Shown one piece after another: positions 1 through 9,365 of a stretch of DNA of 64,000 nt. Every line of letters begins with the position of its first letter. Position 1 is the stretch's first letter. Where the stretch lies: positions 16,235 through 80,234 of the forward strand of contig CALVUP010000001.1 in NCBI GenBank assembly GCA_944363635.1, written 5' to 3'. A program made the translations under genes and the position numbers. Under the pieces are notes generated by a model that was not told the origin of the DNA, searched no databases, and was given only the letters and a program-made list of their open reading frames with translations. This DNA is from an uncultured Bacilli bacterium. GTDB lineage: Bacteria; Bacillota_I; Bacilli_A; RF39; UBA660.

Positions 1-1703
1 ATTTCATCTTAGATGAGTTTGCAAATATGCCACCTTTAAAAGATGTAACGACGATGATTACCGCTGCACGTTCTAGACAGATTCGTTTTACAATGATCAT
101 TCAAAACTTTGCCCAATTAAATCAAGTATATGGAAAAGAAAATGCGGAAACAATAAAAGGAAACTGTGGAAATATTATCTATTTAATTTCAACAGAACTT
201 GCTGCATTAGAAGAAATTAGTAAATTGTGTGGAGAAGTCAAAAGCAAAAAAGACGATAAAACAGCATCCACACCACTTGTTACAGTCAGTGACTTACAGC
301 GTATGAAACAATTTGATCAAATTGTACTTCGTATGCGTTCACAACCTTTTAAAACCCATTTTGTTCCTGATTTTCAAATCGATTGGGGAAAGAAATATGG
401 ACAAATTGGTTACCCAACAAGAGAAAAAAGACCAGTAGAAGTTTTTGATATAAGAGATTTTGTAAAAGAAAGAAAAAAACAAAAATTATTTGAAATGATG
501 AATTCAAACGATGAGAAGCCATCTGCATTACCAGGGAATAATACCTCTTCTGCACCAAATCCATTTAAACAGAGTTTGGGCAATGATCCTTTCAAGCAAC
601 CTGCACTTAATCATGCCCCAAAAAAGGATGAGGATGATTTTGATGTAGATGCTCTTGTAAGAAAAATCGACGCTAAAATAGCTCAATTAGAAGCTGAAGA
701 AAAAGCTGAAAAAGAAAAGAAAAATCCAATGACGAGTGCGTCTTTAGAACCAAAGCCAACTTTATTGAACTCTACATTTGAAAACGCTAAGTCACAAATA
801 GAGCATAAGGATAATTTAAAAACGTCACAAGAACAGAAACCTACATTATTAAATTCCACATTCAATAATGTAAAGCCAAGCGTAGATCATGAAACATCGC
901 CAGTACAAGAAGAAGAAAAACCAACCATTTTAGGATCTACCTTTACTAACGTAAATCAACAACAAAAAGAAGAAAAGAAGCCAGTAGATGTTGATTCTAT
1001 ACTTACAAAATTAGATGAGCAAATTTATGAGAAAAAGGAACCAACACCGATGCCAAAAGAGGATAAACCAACTATTTTAGGATCTACATTTACGAATACA
1101 AAGCAACCAGAAAGAAAAGACGAAAAAGAGGTTGATCTTGATACTTTATTAAATAAGGTAAATAAAAAATTACAAGAAGCAGAAGAAAAAGCAGAGCCTA
1201 AAAAAGAATCTCCAGTGGTTAAACCATCTTCTATTTACGAAGGAAAAGTAGAACCATCCGATATTCGAATTGATTATTCATCTCGTGATGAAGATACACT
1301 GGATACTTTTAAAGAAACAACAGTTCCAACAAAAGTAGAAACGAGTAAACAAGATCACGAATTACTAGATGAAATTAATACGGTTTTAAATCATAAACCA
1401 GAACCAAAAGCAAATACTTCTGATATGATGATTGAACCAAAAATATTTGAAGATACCATCGATGATAAGAAAGAGAATGTATATAATTTGGATAATACAA
1501 TGAATGATTTAAATCATAAGAAAGAAAAAAATACATATAGTAAAGAAACACCTGTTTCAAAGATTGATCAAACAAGTACACCTGAAAAAGAAACGTCAAA
1601 TTCTTCTGTTATGATCAATAATGACATTATTATTGATAAAGATTCTACCGAAGATGATGATAATTTCTTTGATGATTTCTTTGATGATGATGATTGGAGT
1701 TAG
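1..1703 (+). CDS. C-terminal part of a VirD4/TraG-family type IV coupling protein, 5' end outside the window, with a long K/E/P/T-rich repetitive tail
   Basis: Frame is open from nt 1 (FILDEFANMPPL...). Motifs ILDEFAN, AARSRQIRFTMIIQNFAQL and GNCGNIIYL match the T4CP C-terminal ATPase region. Residues from about 180 onward are low-complexity with four degenerate 'KPT(L/I)LNSTF' repeats. Confidence 0.6.
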   Translation, partial: FILDEFANMPPLKDVTTMITAARSRQIRFTMIIQNFAQLNQVYGKENAETIKGNCGNIIYLISTELAALEEISKLCGEVKSKKDDKTASTPLVTVSDLQRMKQFDQIVLRMRSQPFKTHFVPDFQIDWGKKYGQIGYPTREKRPVEVFDIRDFVKERKKQKLFEMMNSNDEKPSALPGNNTSSAPNPFKQSLGNDPFKQPALNHAPKKDEDDFDVDALVRKIDAKIAQLEAEEKAEKEKKNPMTSASLEPKPTLLNSTFENAKSQIEHKDNLKTSQEQKPTLLNSTFNNVKPSVDHETSPVQEEEKPTILGSTFTNVNQQQKEEKKPVDVDSILTKLDEQIYEKKEPTPMPKEDKPTILGSTFTNTKQPERKDEKEVDLDTLLNKVNKKLQEAEEKAEPKKESPVVKPSSIYEGKVEPSDIRIDYSSRDEDTLDTFKETTVPTKVETSKQDHELLDEINTVLNHKPEPKANTSDMMIEPKIFEDTIDDKKENVYNLDNTMNDLNHKKEKNTYSKETPVSKIDQTSTPEKETSNSSVMINNDIIIDKDSTEDDDNFFDDFFDDDDWS

Positions 1704-1708
1704 AAAGA

Positions 1709-2716
1709 ATGAAAGTTTTATTATATGCGGAAGGTGAAAAAATAATTGGGAAAAGTGGCTTAGGTAAGGCGATCAAGCACCAACAAAAAGCCTTAGAATC
1801 TTGTGGTGTAGAATATACTATGGATCCTAAAGATAATTATGATTTGATTCATATAAATACTTATGGGCCAAAGTCTTACCTTTTAGCAAAAAAAGCCAAA
1901 AAAGAAGGGAAAGTTGTTATTTATCATGCTCATTCTACTGAAGAAGATTTTAAAAATTCCTTTATTTTATCAAATAAGATATCTCCTTATTTTAAAAAAT
2001 GGATTATGAAATGTTATAATTTAGGAGATTATATTATTACACCAACACCTTATGCAAAAAAATTATTATCTTCTTATGGAATAAAAAAGCCAATCGAAGT
2101 AGTTTCCAATGGAATTGATTTATCTCTTTTTGATACGAAAAAAACCAATTGTTTTCGTCAAAAATTTAATTATACAAAGCAAGACAAAATCATTTTAGGA
2201 ATTGGTTTATATTTGGAGAGAAAAGGGATTTTGGATTTTGTGGAACTTGCGAAAAGAATGCCGGAATATAAATTTATTTGGTTTGGATATTCACCACTAA
2301 GTTTATCTCCAAAAAAGATTAAGGACGCAGTAAATACCAAACTTTCCAATTTACTTTTTGCAGGATATCAAGAGCCAGAAATGGTAAAAGCGGCTTTATC
2401 AGAGTGTGATTTATACTTATTTCCTACTTTAGAAGAGACAGAAGGAATTCCAATTATTGAAGCTTGTGCTATGAAATGTGATTCTTTAATTCGAGATATT
2501 CCTGTATTTGATCAATGGCTTATTAATGGGAAAAATGTATATAAAGCAAAAAATTTAGATGAGTTTGAAATAAAGATTAAAAAAATTTTAAATCACGAAT
2601 TACCATCTTTAACAGAAGAAGCTTATAAAGTAGCAAAACAAAGAGATTTAAAAGGAATAGGTAAAAAATTAAAAAGAATATATGAAAAAGCTTTAAAAGA
2701 AAAAGTGAATATCTAA
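1709..2716 (+). CDS. GT4-family glycosyltransferase
   Basis: Motif 'ETEGIPIIEACAMKCDSL' (EX7E) and overall glycosyltransferase pattern. Start moved to ATG 1709 (GGAG upstream), same frame as track ORF 1694. Confidence 0.65.
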   Translation: MKVLLYAEGEKIIGKSGLGKAIKHQQKALESCGVEYTMDPKDNYDLIHINTYGPKSYLLAKKAKKEGKVVIYHAHSTEEDFKNSFILSNKISPYFKKWIMKCYNLGDYIITPTPYAKKLLSSYGIKKPIEVVSNGIDLSLFDTKKTNCFRQKFNYTKQDKIILGIGLYLERKGILDFVELAKRMPEYKFIWFGYSPLSLSPKKIKDAVNTKLSNLLFAGYQEPEMVKAALSECDLYLFPTLEETEGIPIIEACAMKCDSLIRDIPVFDQWLINGKNVYKAKNLDEFEIKIKKILNHELPSLTEEAYKVAKQRDLKGIGKKLKRIYEKALKEKVNI

Positions 2717-2780
2717 AATATTCTTTTTTTTGTATAATTTTTTTATATTATTCCAAATTATAAATAAAGGAGGAATAATT

Positions 2781-3320
2781 ATGAAAAAAATAGCTGTGTT
2801 TTTAATGGGATTGTTTTTATTAACTGGTTGTACATCTTTAATGAATACACCCACAGATAAAGTAGAGGAATATTTAGATAAATATAAAACCACAGATGAA
2901 GATGTTTTAGACCAATTAGAAGATGTTGTGGATGAAGTAGGAACGATGAATGATGATAATAAAGAAAGATACAAAGAATTAATGAAAAAACAATATCAAA
3001 ATTTATCTTACAAAATTAAAGATGAAACCATTGATGGCGATAATGCTACAGTTGAAGCTGAAATAGAAGTTTATGATTATAAAAGTTCAACCGATGAATC
3101 GGATCGTTATTTGAGTGAACATAATGATGAGTTTGTAGATGATGAAAATAATATTGATAATGATAAATTTATGACTTATAAACTTGATGCTCTTGATAAA
3201 GTAACTGATAAAGTAACTTATACCATTACTTTCTCATTAACCAAAGATGCCGATGGAAATTGGAAGCTGGATGATATTTCAGATGAAGATCGATTAAAAT
3301 TACATGGATTATATTCTTAA
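2781..3320 (+). CDS. lipoprotein of unknown function
   Basis: GGAGG RBS then MKKIAVFLMGLFLLTGCTS (signal peptide plus lipobox LTGC). Start trimmed from track 2730, in frame. Confidence 0.6.
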   Translation: MKKIAVFLMGLFLLTGCTSLMNTPTDKVEEYLDKYKTTDEDVLDQLEDVVDEVGTMNDDNKERYKELMKKQYQNLSYKIKDETIDGDNATVEAEIEVYDYKSSTDESDRYLSEHNDEFVDDENNIDNDKFMTYKLDALDKVTDKVTYTITFSLTKDADGNWKLDDISDEDRLKLHGLYS

Positions 3321-3376
3321 GAAACTGGAATAGTTTCTTTTTTTTATGAATATATTTAATTGAAAGAGGGGAGATT

Positions 3377-4189
3377 ATGAAACAAATTATACCTTTTAAT
3401 AAAGATATTGCATTCAAAACCATGATTGGAGAAATACAATCTATATCTTTAGAACATACTTTAAAAATAGAGGAAGATAACAATATTAAAGGGGATTTTA
3501 TTGTTAGTGGTAGTTATAAAATGACAGAAGCTTCTACCATTGCCGAAGAATTTTCTTATAAAATACCAGTGGATATTTATATTGATGAACAATACAATTT
3601 AGAAGATGCTACGATAGATATTGATGATTTCAAATATAGCATAGTCAATGATGATACTTTAGAAGTAAAAATAGATGTTGTACTTGATCACATGCAAGTG
3701 ATTGAACCTATAAGTGATATTAGTACTGATGAAGAAGTCATTCGTACACATCTAGATAAAGAGTATTTAAAACGAAAAGAAGATCTTCAAGATGTTACCG
3801 AGCAAACACAAAATGAAGAAGAAAAAGAAGAACTACTAGAATCTAAGAAAGAAGAGGAAACTTCTATGCGAAATACGAGTGATAAACAGAATAGTTCAGA
3901 ACAAATTTATACAACAAAAAATAAAGAAATGGTAGATGAGATACAAATTCCAATAGAAACATCCGATACGAAAGAACAAGAACCTGTAGAATCTTTATTT
4001 AGTAAATTTAGTGATGAAGAAGATAGCTATGCCACTTACAAAGTATATATTGTAAGAGAAAATGATAATTTAGAATCGATTATGGAAAAATACAATGTTT
4101 CTGTAGATGAACTTAGAGAGTACAATAACATTGATGATTTAAAAATAAATGATAAGCTAATCATACCATCTCATAATGAACACGCTTAG
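3377..4189 (+). CDS. SpoVID-like protein (SPOCS-like N-terminus, C-terminal LysM)
   Basis: N-terminus resembles the SpoVID/SPOCS region and the C-terminus carries LysM ('YKVYIVRENDNLESIMEKYNVSVDELREYNNI'). Followed by a CotS/YsxE-like gene, as in Bacillus spoVID-ysxE. Confidence 0.45.
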   Translation: MKQIIPFNKDIAFKTMIGEIQSISLEHTLKIEEDNNIKGDFIVSGSYKMTEASTIAEEFSYKIPVDIYIDEQYNLEDATIDIDDFKYSIVNDDTLEVKIDVVLDHMQVIEPISDISTDEEVIRTHLDKEYLKRKEDLQDVTEQTQNEEEKEELLESKKEEETSMRNTSDKQNSSEQIYTTKNKEMVDEIQIPIETSDTKEQEPVESLFSKFSDEEDSYATYKVYIVRENDNLESIMEKYNVSVDELREYNNIDDLKINDKLIIPSHNEHA

Positions 4190-5060
4190 AAGTCTAGTTG
4201 AAAATATTGATAAAATAACTAAGCAAAAAAATAGAACCATCATACAAGCAAAGGATAAAAGGTATGTTGCAAAAGAAAACAAAAATAAAATGATTTATGA
4301 CTATTTAAGTAGTCGAGGTTTTATGTACTATTTAGAACCATTAAAAAGAAATGAAGATTATAATTTATATCAATATATCGAAGAAATAGATACTCCAAAT
4401 GAACAAAAAGCATTAGACATTATTCATATTATGGCCTTACTTCATAAAAAAACAACCTATTATAAAGAAATAAATTTAGATGAAATTAAAGAAATTTATG
4501 AAAACACCACAAATCAAATCTTATATTTATTTGAATACTATCATAATTTACAAGAAACTTTGGAACAAGAAGAATTTTTTTCTCCAAGTTCTTATATGTT
4601 GCTGCGTGAAATATCTTCAATTTATGGCAGTCTAAATTACTGTAAAGAAGAAATTGATCGTTGGTATGAAACAATAAAACAAAAAAAGGAGATACGTCTT
4701 TGTTTAGTGCATAACAACTTAGATATCTCTCATATACTAGAAAGTGAAAACAAGTATTTGATTAGTTGGTCTAAAGCGAAAAAAGATTTACCAATTTATG
4801 ATTTTTATCATTTTTTTAATAATTGTTTTGAAATGATGGATTTTTCTCTTTTATATAAGGAGTATATAGCAAATTATCCATTAACCAAAGAGGAAGAAGC
4901 GCTATTGTTTGTGTTTATTTCAATACCAGAAAAGGTTATATTAGATTTAGATGAATATACGAATTGTTTAAAAATTAAAAAATTATATACAAAATTATCC
5001 CGTGCGAATAATATTATTTTAAATCAAAGATCGAAACAACAAAAACAAGAACAACCATAA
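4176..5060 (+). CDS. CotS/YsxE-family spore-coat/phosphotransferase-like protein
   Basis: 'LCLVHNNLDISHIL...LISWSKAKKDLPIYDFYHFF' resembles the kinase-like CotS/YutH/YsxE core. 14-nt overlap with the upstream gene. Confidence 0.4.
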   Translation: MNTLRSLVENIDKITKQKNRTIIQAKDKRYVAKENKNKMIYDYLSSRGFMYYLEPLKRNEDYNLYQYIEEIDTPNEQKALDIIHIMALLHKKTTYYKEINLDEIKEIYENTTNQILYLFEYYHNLQETLEQEEFFSPSSYMLLREISSIYGSLNYCKEEIDRWYETIKQKKEIRLCLVHNNLDISHILESENKYLISWSKAKKDLPIYDFYHFFNNCFEMMDFSLLYKEYIANYPLTKEEEALLFVFISIPEKVILDLDEYTNCLKIKKLYTKLSRANNIILNQRSKQQKQEQP

Positions 5061-5231
5061 TTCTAAAACAAGGATAAATGCAACAGAACGACAAGGGTTA
5101 ATAAGACATAAAATGGATTGATACATTAAAATAATAAATAGAATAAGAATAAAAACAAGGTTTAGAAGAGAAAATCTTCTTTTTTTTCTACACATTTCAC
5201 AAAAGCAAAAGAAACCATGTTTTCGTCCCAT
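5019..5231 (-). CDS. possible small Cys-rich membrane peptide, 70 aa
   Basis: AGGTGA RBS 5 nt before ATG. 'CFCEMC' then two hydrophobic helices. Overlaps the 3' end of the YsxE-like gene. Confidence 0.25.
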   Translation of the reverse strand: MGRKHGFFCFCEMCRKKRRFSLLNLVFILILFIILMYQSILCLINPCRSVAFILVLELWLFLFLLFRSLI

Positions 5232-5367
5232 TTATATCACCTAGTATATTGTATGAAAAAAAGAAATTTGTGTTATAAGATAATTAAATAGGTATAAAAT
5301 ATTATTGTAATGACAATGTGCCCACAAAAATAAAAAAAGACATACAATAGAACTGTGAGGTGAGAAA

Positions 5368-5655
5368 ATGAATAGTATGCCAAAATCAACGAATCTAAAC
5401 ATTCGGTTAGATAAAGAATTGAAAGAACAAGCAGATAAGCTATTTAAAAAGCTAGGATTAAATATGTCAAGTGCAATTAATTTGTTTTTAACACAAAGTG
5501 TAAAAGAACAAGGAATACCATTTTTAATAACCGATAAAAAGCCAACTAAAAAGCTACAAAAAGCACTTCAAGAAGCTGATGCTATTGCTAGTGGTAAAAA
5601 AGAAACAAAAAGTTATACCAACTTTGAAGAGTTGCTTAAGGATTTGGATAAATGA
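5368..5655 (+). CDS. dinJ: type II antitoxin, RelB/DinJ family
   Basis: AGGTGA RBS. 'NLNIRLDKELKEQADKLFKKLGLNMSSAINLFLTQSVKEQGIPF' is the DinJ ribbon-helix-helix pattern. Overlaps the next gene by ATGA. Confidence 0.75.
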   Translation: MNSMPKSTNLNIRLDKELKEQADKLFKKLGLNMSSAINLFLTQSVKEQGIPFLITDKKPTKKLQKALQEADAIASGKKETKSYTNFEELLKDLDK

Positions 5656-5938
5656 ATTATCAATTAAAGCAAACTTCAATATTTAAAAAACAATTAAAAA
5701 AAATGATTAAACGAAAAAAAGACTTAAATAAAATGAGCAATATAGTAAATCGTTTACTTGCTGGTAAAACACTTGAAGAAAAATATAGAGATCATCAGTT
5801 GTTTGATGATAAAAAATATAAAAGTTGTAGGGAATGTCATGTTGAGCGGATTGGTTGTTAGTATATCAATATTTAGAAGATCAATTAATATTATTATTAA
5901 TACAGACGGGTAGTCATAGTGATTTATTTAAGAAATAA
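5652..5938 (+). pseudogene. yafQ: yafQ-family RelE-type toxin with a 1-nt deletion frameshift
   Basis: Frame 0 gives ...YRDHQLFDDKKYKSCRECHVE then RIGC*. The -1 frame continues ADWLLVYQYLEDQLILLIQTGSHSDLFKK*, matching the YafQ C-terminus (HVEPDWLLIY...RTGSHSDLF). The shift lies in 'gagcggattgg' near 5844-5852. Confidence 0.7.
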
Positions 5939-5941
5939 ATA

Positions 5942-6197
5942 TTTACAAAATTCAAATTATCCTGTATAATACGTTTATAAATGCGTTGGATTGAGGAGTA
6001 TATTTATAAGAGTTTAAGAGAGTTATCGTTTGGTGGGAGATAATACTTAAATAAATAGAAGGTAGCAATCAAGTAGAATTTTTGAGAAATCGAAAGTAGA
6101 AAATTCCGTATCTCGCGTTAAGAGAAAGAGGTTATTATAAATAATAAACTAAGGTGGTACCACGAAAGATTCGTCCTTATGATGAATCTTTTTTTAT
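5942..6197 (+). promoter_or_regulatory. T-box leader with promoter and terminator, upstream of the HD-domain gene and valS
   Basis: TTTACA (5942-5947), 17 nt, TGTATAAT (5963-5970). T-box core 'aactaaggtggtaccacg' at 6147-6164. Terminator stem aagattc (6166-6172) / gaatctt (6184-6190) plus T7 run. Specifier codon not resolved. Confidence 0.65.
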
Positions 6198-6211
6198 TGC
6201 TTGGAGGGATT

Positions 6212-6946
6212 ATGGATAAATATATAGAAGCATTTGAAAACTATGTAGCATCATTTGATCTCGAGGTTTCACAGTTAAAAAGAAAAAAAGAACATACTTA
6301 TCGGGTCATAAAACTTTGTATGGAGATTGCCAAGTCTCTACAAATGAATGATCATGATGTTTTCCTTATGAAATTAATTGGCTTGTATCATGATATAGGT
6401 CGTTTTGATCAATTCAAACAGTTTTCTAAATTCAATGATTCTGAAACATATGATCATGCTTCTAAAGGAGTAATAATTTTAAATACTTTACAAATATTAG
6501 ATGATTTAGAAGAAAAAGATTTAATTTTAAAAGCTATTGAAAATCATAATCAAATCAAATTAGAAGAAAATCTTTCTCCAAGAGAAAAGCAGTTCTGCGA
6601 GATCATAAGAGATGCAGATAAACTTGATATATTAAACTTAGTAATCGAAGGTAAAATTAAGATGAATCCTTATGATGAAAAATATAGTGAGAAAGCTGTC
6701 CAAACGATTTTGAATGGAGAATGCATCGATTTAAAAGAATATCCAAGAAAGGTCGATCAATCTTTAGTAAAAATAGGATTGATGAATGATATTGTATTTC
6801 CGTTTTCGAAACAATATATTCTAAAAAATAATATGATTGATGAGTTAATAGAAATTTATATAAAGAATAACCCAAAAGAAAAAGATACATTAGAAAAAAT
6901 AAAGAAGAAAGTAAAAGAAAGGATGAATGATACAAATGTTAGATAA
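6212..6946 (+). CDS. HD-domain phosphohydrolase
   Basis: 'LIGLYHDIGRFDQF' HD motif. Start moved from 6179, which lies inside the T-box terminator, to ATG 6212 with a GGAGGG RBS. Confidence 0.6.
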   Translation: MDKYIEAFENYVASFDLEVSQLKRKKEHTYRVIKLCMEIAKSLQMNDHDVFLMKLIGLYHDIGRFDQFKQFSKFNDSETYDHASKGVIILNTLQILDDLEEKDLILKAIENHNQIKLEENLSPREKQFCEIIRDADKLDILNLVIEGKIKMNPYDEKYSEKAVQTILNGECIDLKEYPRKVDQSLVKIGLMNDIVFPFSKQYILKNNMIDELIEIYIKNNPKEKDTLEKIKKKVKERMNDTNVR

Positions 6947-9365
6947 AAAATATAATTTTAAAGAAAAAGAAGAAAAATGGGAGAAATATTGGGAAGAGAA
7001 TAATATTTATGAATTTAAGCCTGATCATAGAAAGGTTTATTCTATCGATACCCCGCCACCAACTGTAAATGGAAAAATTCATATAGGACATATATTTTCT
7101 TATTCACAAGCTGAAATGATTGCAAGATATAAAAGAATGATGGGATACAATGTTTTTTATCCTTTTGGTTTTGATGATAATGGGCTTCCAAGTGAGCGAC
7201 TTGTCGAAAGAGAACAAGGAAAAAAGGCTCATGAAATAGGAAGAGAAGAATTCTCAAAACTTTGTTATGATACTACGAATAAATATGAAGCGGAGTTTAA
7301 AAAACTATTTAAACGTGCTGGATTTAGTGCAGATGTAGATCATGCTTATAAAACAGTAAGTCCATCTAGTTCTAAGATCAGTCAATTATCTTTTTTAGAA
7401 CTTGTAGAAAAGGGACATTGCTATCATAAAGAAAGTCCTGCTCTTTGGTGTAGTGAATGTTTAACTTCTATTGCTCAAGCCGAGTTAGAAACTAAAACGA
7501 TAAAAACAACATTTAATTACATTCATTTTTATACCAAAGAAGATCATGAAGAATTTACCATTGCGACCACTAGACCCGAACTTCTTCCAGCTATTGTTTG
7601 TGTATTTGTAAATCCAAGTGATGAAAAACATAAACATTTAATTGGTAAGACGGCTTGCATTCCGGTCGTAGAAGAAGAAGTACCAATTCTTGCCGATGAA
7701 AAAGTTGCCATTGATAAAGGTACAGGTGTCGTTATGTGTTGTACGTTTGGAGATCAAACCGATATTGAATGGTGGAAAAAATACAATTTGCCACTTAAGA
7801 ATATCTTTACAAAAGATGGGCATATTGTAGATACAGTAAAAAATTATGGTGGATTAACCATTAAACAAGCTAGAAAACAGATCATTGAGGATATTAAAGA
7901 AGCCGGATATTTAGTAAAAGTAGAAGATTTGGAGCATGAAGTACAAACGCATGAGCGATGCGGAAGAGAAGTAGAATATGCTGTTATGAATCAATGGTTT
8001 ATTGATATCATGAATCATAAAGAAGATTTCTTACGTATTGGGGATGAAATCAATTGGTATCCAAAACACATGCAAGCAAGATACAACGAATGGGTAGAAA
8101 ATATCATGTGGGATTGGTGTATTTCAAGACAAAGATATTTTGGTGTACCATTTCCTGTATGGTATTGTAAAGATTGTGGTGAACCTATTTTCGCAAGAAA
8201 AGAAGATTTACCAGTCAATCCACTTGTAGATAAACCTCCTGTAGAAAAGTGTCCAAAATGCGGATCTTCTGAATTCATAGGAGAAACAGATATTATGGAT
8301 ACATGGCAAACATCTTCTGTTACACCTTTAATTAATATGAAATATGGAGAAAAAGACAACCTAGAAGACATTTTAAAACCAATGTCCTTAAGATGCAATG
8401 CCCATGATATCATTCGTACTTGGGATTTCTATAGTATTGTAAAAAGTTATTATACCTTTCTTCAAAAACCTTGGGAAAATGTAATGATTTCCGGATTTGT
8501 AATGGCCGATAAAGGAGAAAAAATCTCTAAAAGTAAAAACAATTCTAAAATGGAACCATTTGAATTATTAGAACAGTATGGAGCGGATATTGTTCGTTAC
8601 TGGGCTGGATCTGGTAAATTAGGTACCGATATCATCTTTAATGATGAAACATTCTTAAGAGGAAAGAAATTGATCAATAAGATTTGGAATGTATCTAAAT
8701 TTATCGAAATGCATTTACAAGATTACAAAGACAAAGAAATTAAAAATTATGAATACATGGATCGTTTTATTTTAGCAAAATACAAAAAAATGGAAGAAGC
8801 TTTCTTAAAATATTTAGATGAATATGAAATTGGGCTTGCTTTAAATATTTTAGAAAAATTCTTCTGGGAATTCTGTGATAATTACATTGAAATTGTAAAA
8901 CATAGATTGTATAGGCCAGAAGAGTTTGGAGAAGAAGCACGTTATTCCGGACAAAAAACCATTTATACTTTGCTTTATAAATTGTTACAAGACTTCTCTA
9001 TTTTCTTCCCATTTATCACAGAAGAAATTTATCAAGATTTATATAAGAAAGAAAAATCTATTCATTTAACAACGATTGAGCCATTAGAAGTCTCTTACGA
9101 AGAAGAAAGAAAAAACGGTGATTTATTATTAGAAATCATCAGTGTTTGCAGAGGAGAAAAAACCAAAAACAATGTATCTTTAAAAACACCTATCAAAAAC
9201 CTTGAACTTGGTTTATCAAAAGAGTTAAATCAAGCTTTAGAAGAAGCCATAAAAGATATAAAAGCTACATTATTTATCGAAAATATGAGTCGAAAAGAAA
9301 TAGATTCTTCTTATGAAATTTATAAGATTGAATTAGATTTGGAAGAAAAAAATGGAGGAGAATAA
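6927..9365 (+). CDS. valS: valine--tRNA ligase
   Basis: 'PPPTVNGKIHIGH' (HIGH), 'KISKSKNN' (KMSKS) and valS-type editing/CP1 regions. Start ambiguous by about 9 nt (ATG 6927 or 6936). Confidence 0.9.
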   Translation: MIQMLDKKYNFKEKEEKWEKYWEENNIYEFKPDHRKVYSIDTPPPTVNGKIHIGHIFSYSQAEMIARYKRMMGYNVFYPFGFDDNGLPSERLVEREQGKKAHEIGREEFSKLCYDTTNKYEAEFKKLFKRAGFSADVDHAYKTVSPSSSKISQLSFLELVEKGHCYHKESPALWCSECLTSIAQAELETKTIKTTFNYIHFYTKEDHEEFTIATTRPELLPAIVCVFVNPSDEKHKHLIGKTACIPVVEEEVPILADEKVAIDKGTGVVMCCTFGDQTDIEWWKKYNLPLKNIFTKDGHIVDTVKNYGGLTIKQARKQIIEDIKEAGYLVKVEDLEHEVQTHERCGREVEYAVMNQWFIDIMNHKEDFLRIGDEINWYPKHMQARYNEWVENIMWDWCISRQRYFGVPFPVWYCKDCGEPIFARKEDLPVNPLVDKPPVEKCPKCGSSEFIGETDIMDTWQTSSVTPLINMKYGEKDNLEDILKPMSLRCNAHDIIRTWDFYSIVKSYYTFLQKPWENVMISGFVMADKGEKISKSKNNSKMEPFELLEQYGADIVRYWAGSGKLGTDIIFNDETFLRGKKLINKIWNVSKFIEMHLQDYKDKEIKNYEYMDRFILAKYKKMEEAFLKYLDEYEIGLALNILEKFFWEFCDNYIEIVKHRLYRPEEFGEEARYSGQKTIYTLLYKLLQDFSIFFPFITEEIYQDLYKKEKSIHLTTIEPLEVSYEEERKNGDLLLEIISVCRGEKTKNNVSLKTPIKNLELGLSKELNQALEEAIKDIKATLFIENMSRKEIDSSYEIYKIELDLEEKNGGE

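Noticed and set aside
349-865. Several 60-71-aa minus-strand ORFs inside the T4CP gene
   Set aside because: Embedded in the low-complexity repeat region of a long plus-strand ORF, with no start signals.
8015-8413. 132-aa minus-strand ORF inside valS
   Set aside because: Fully internal to a highly conserved aaRS gene. A chance ORF.
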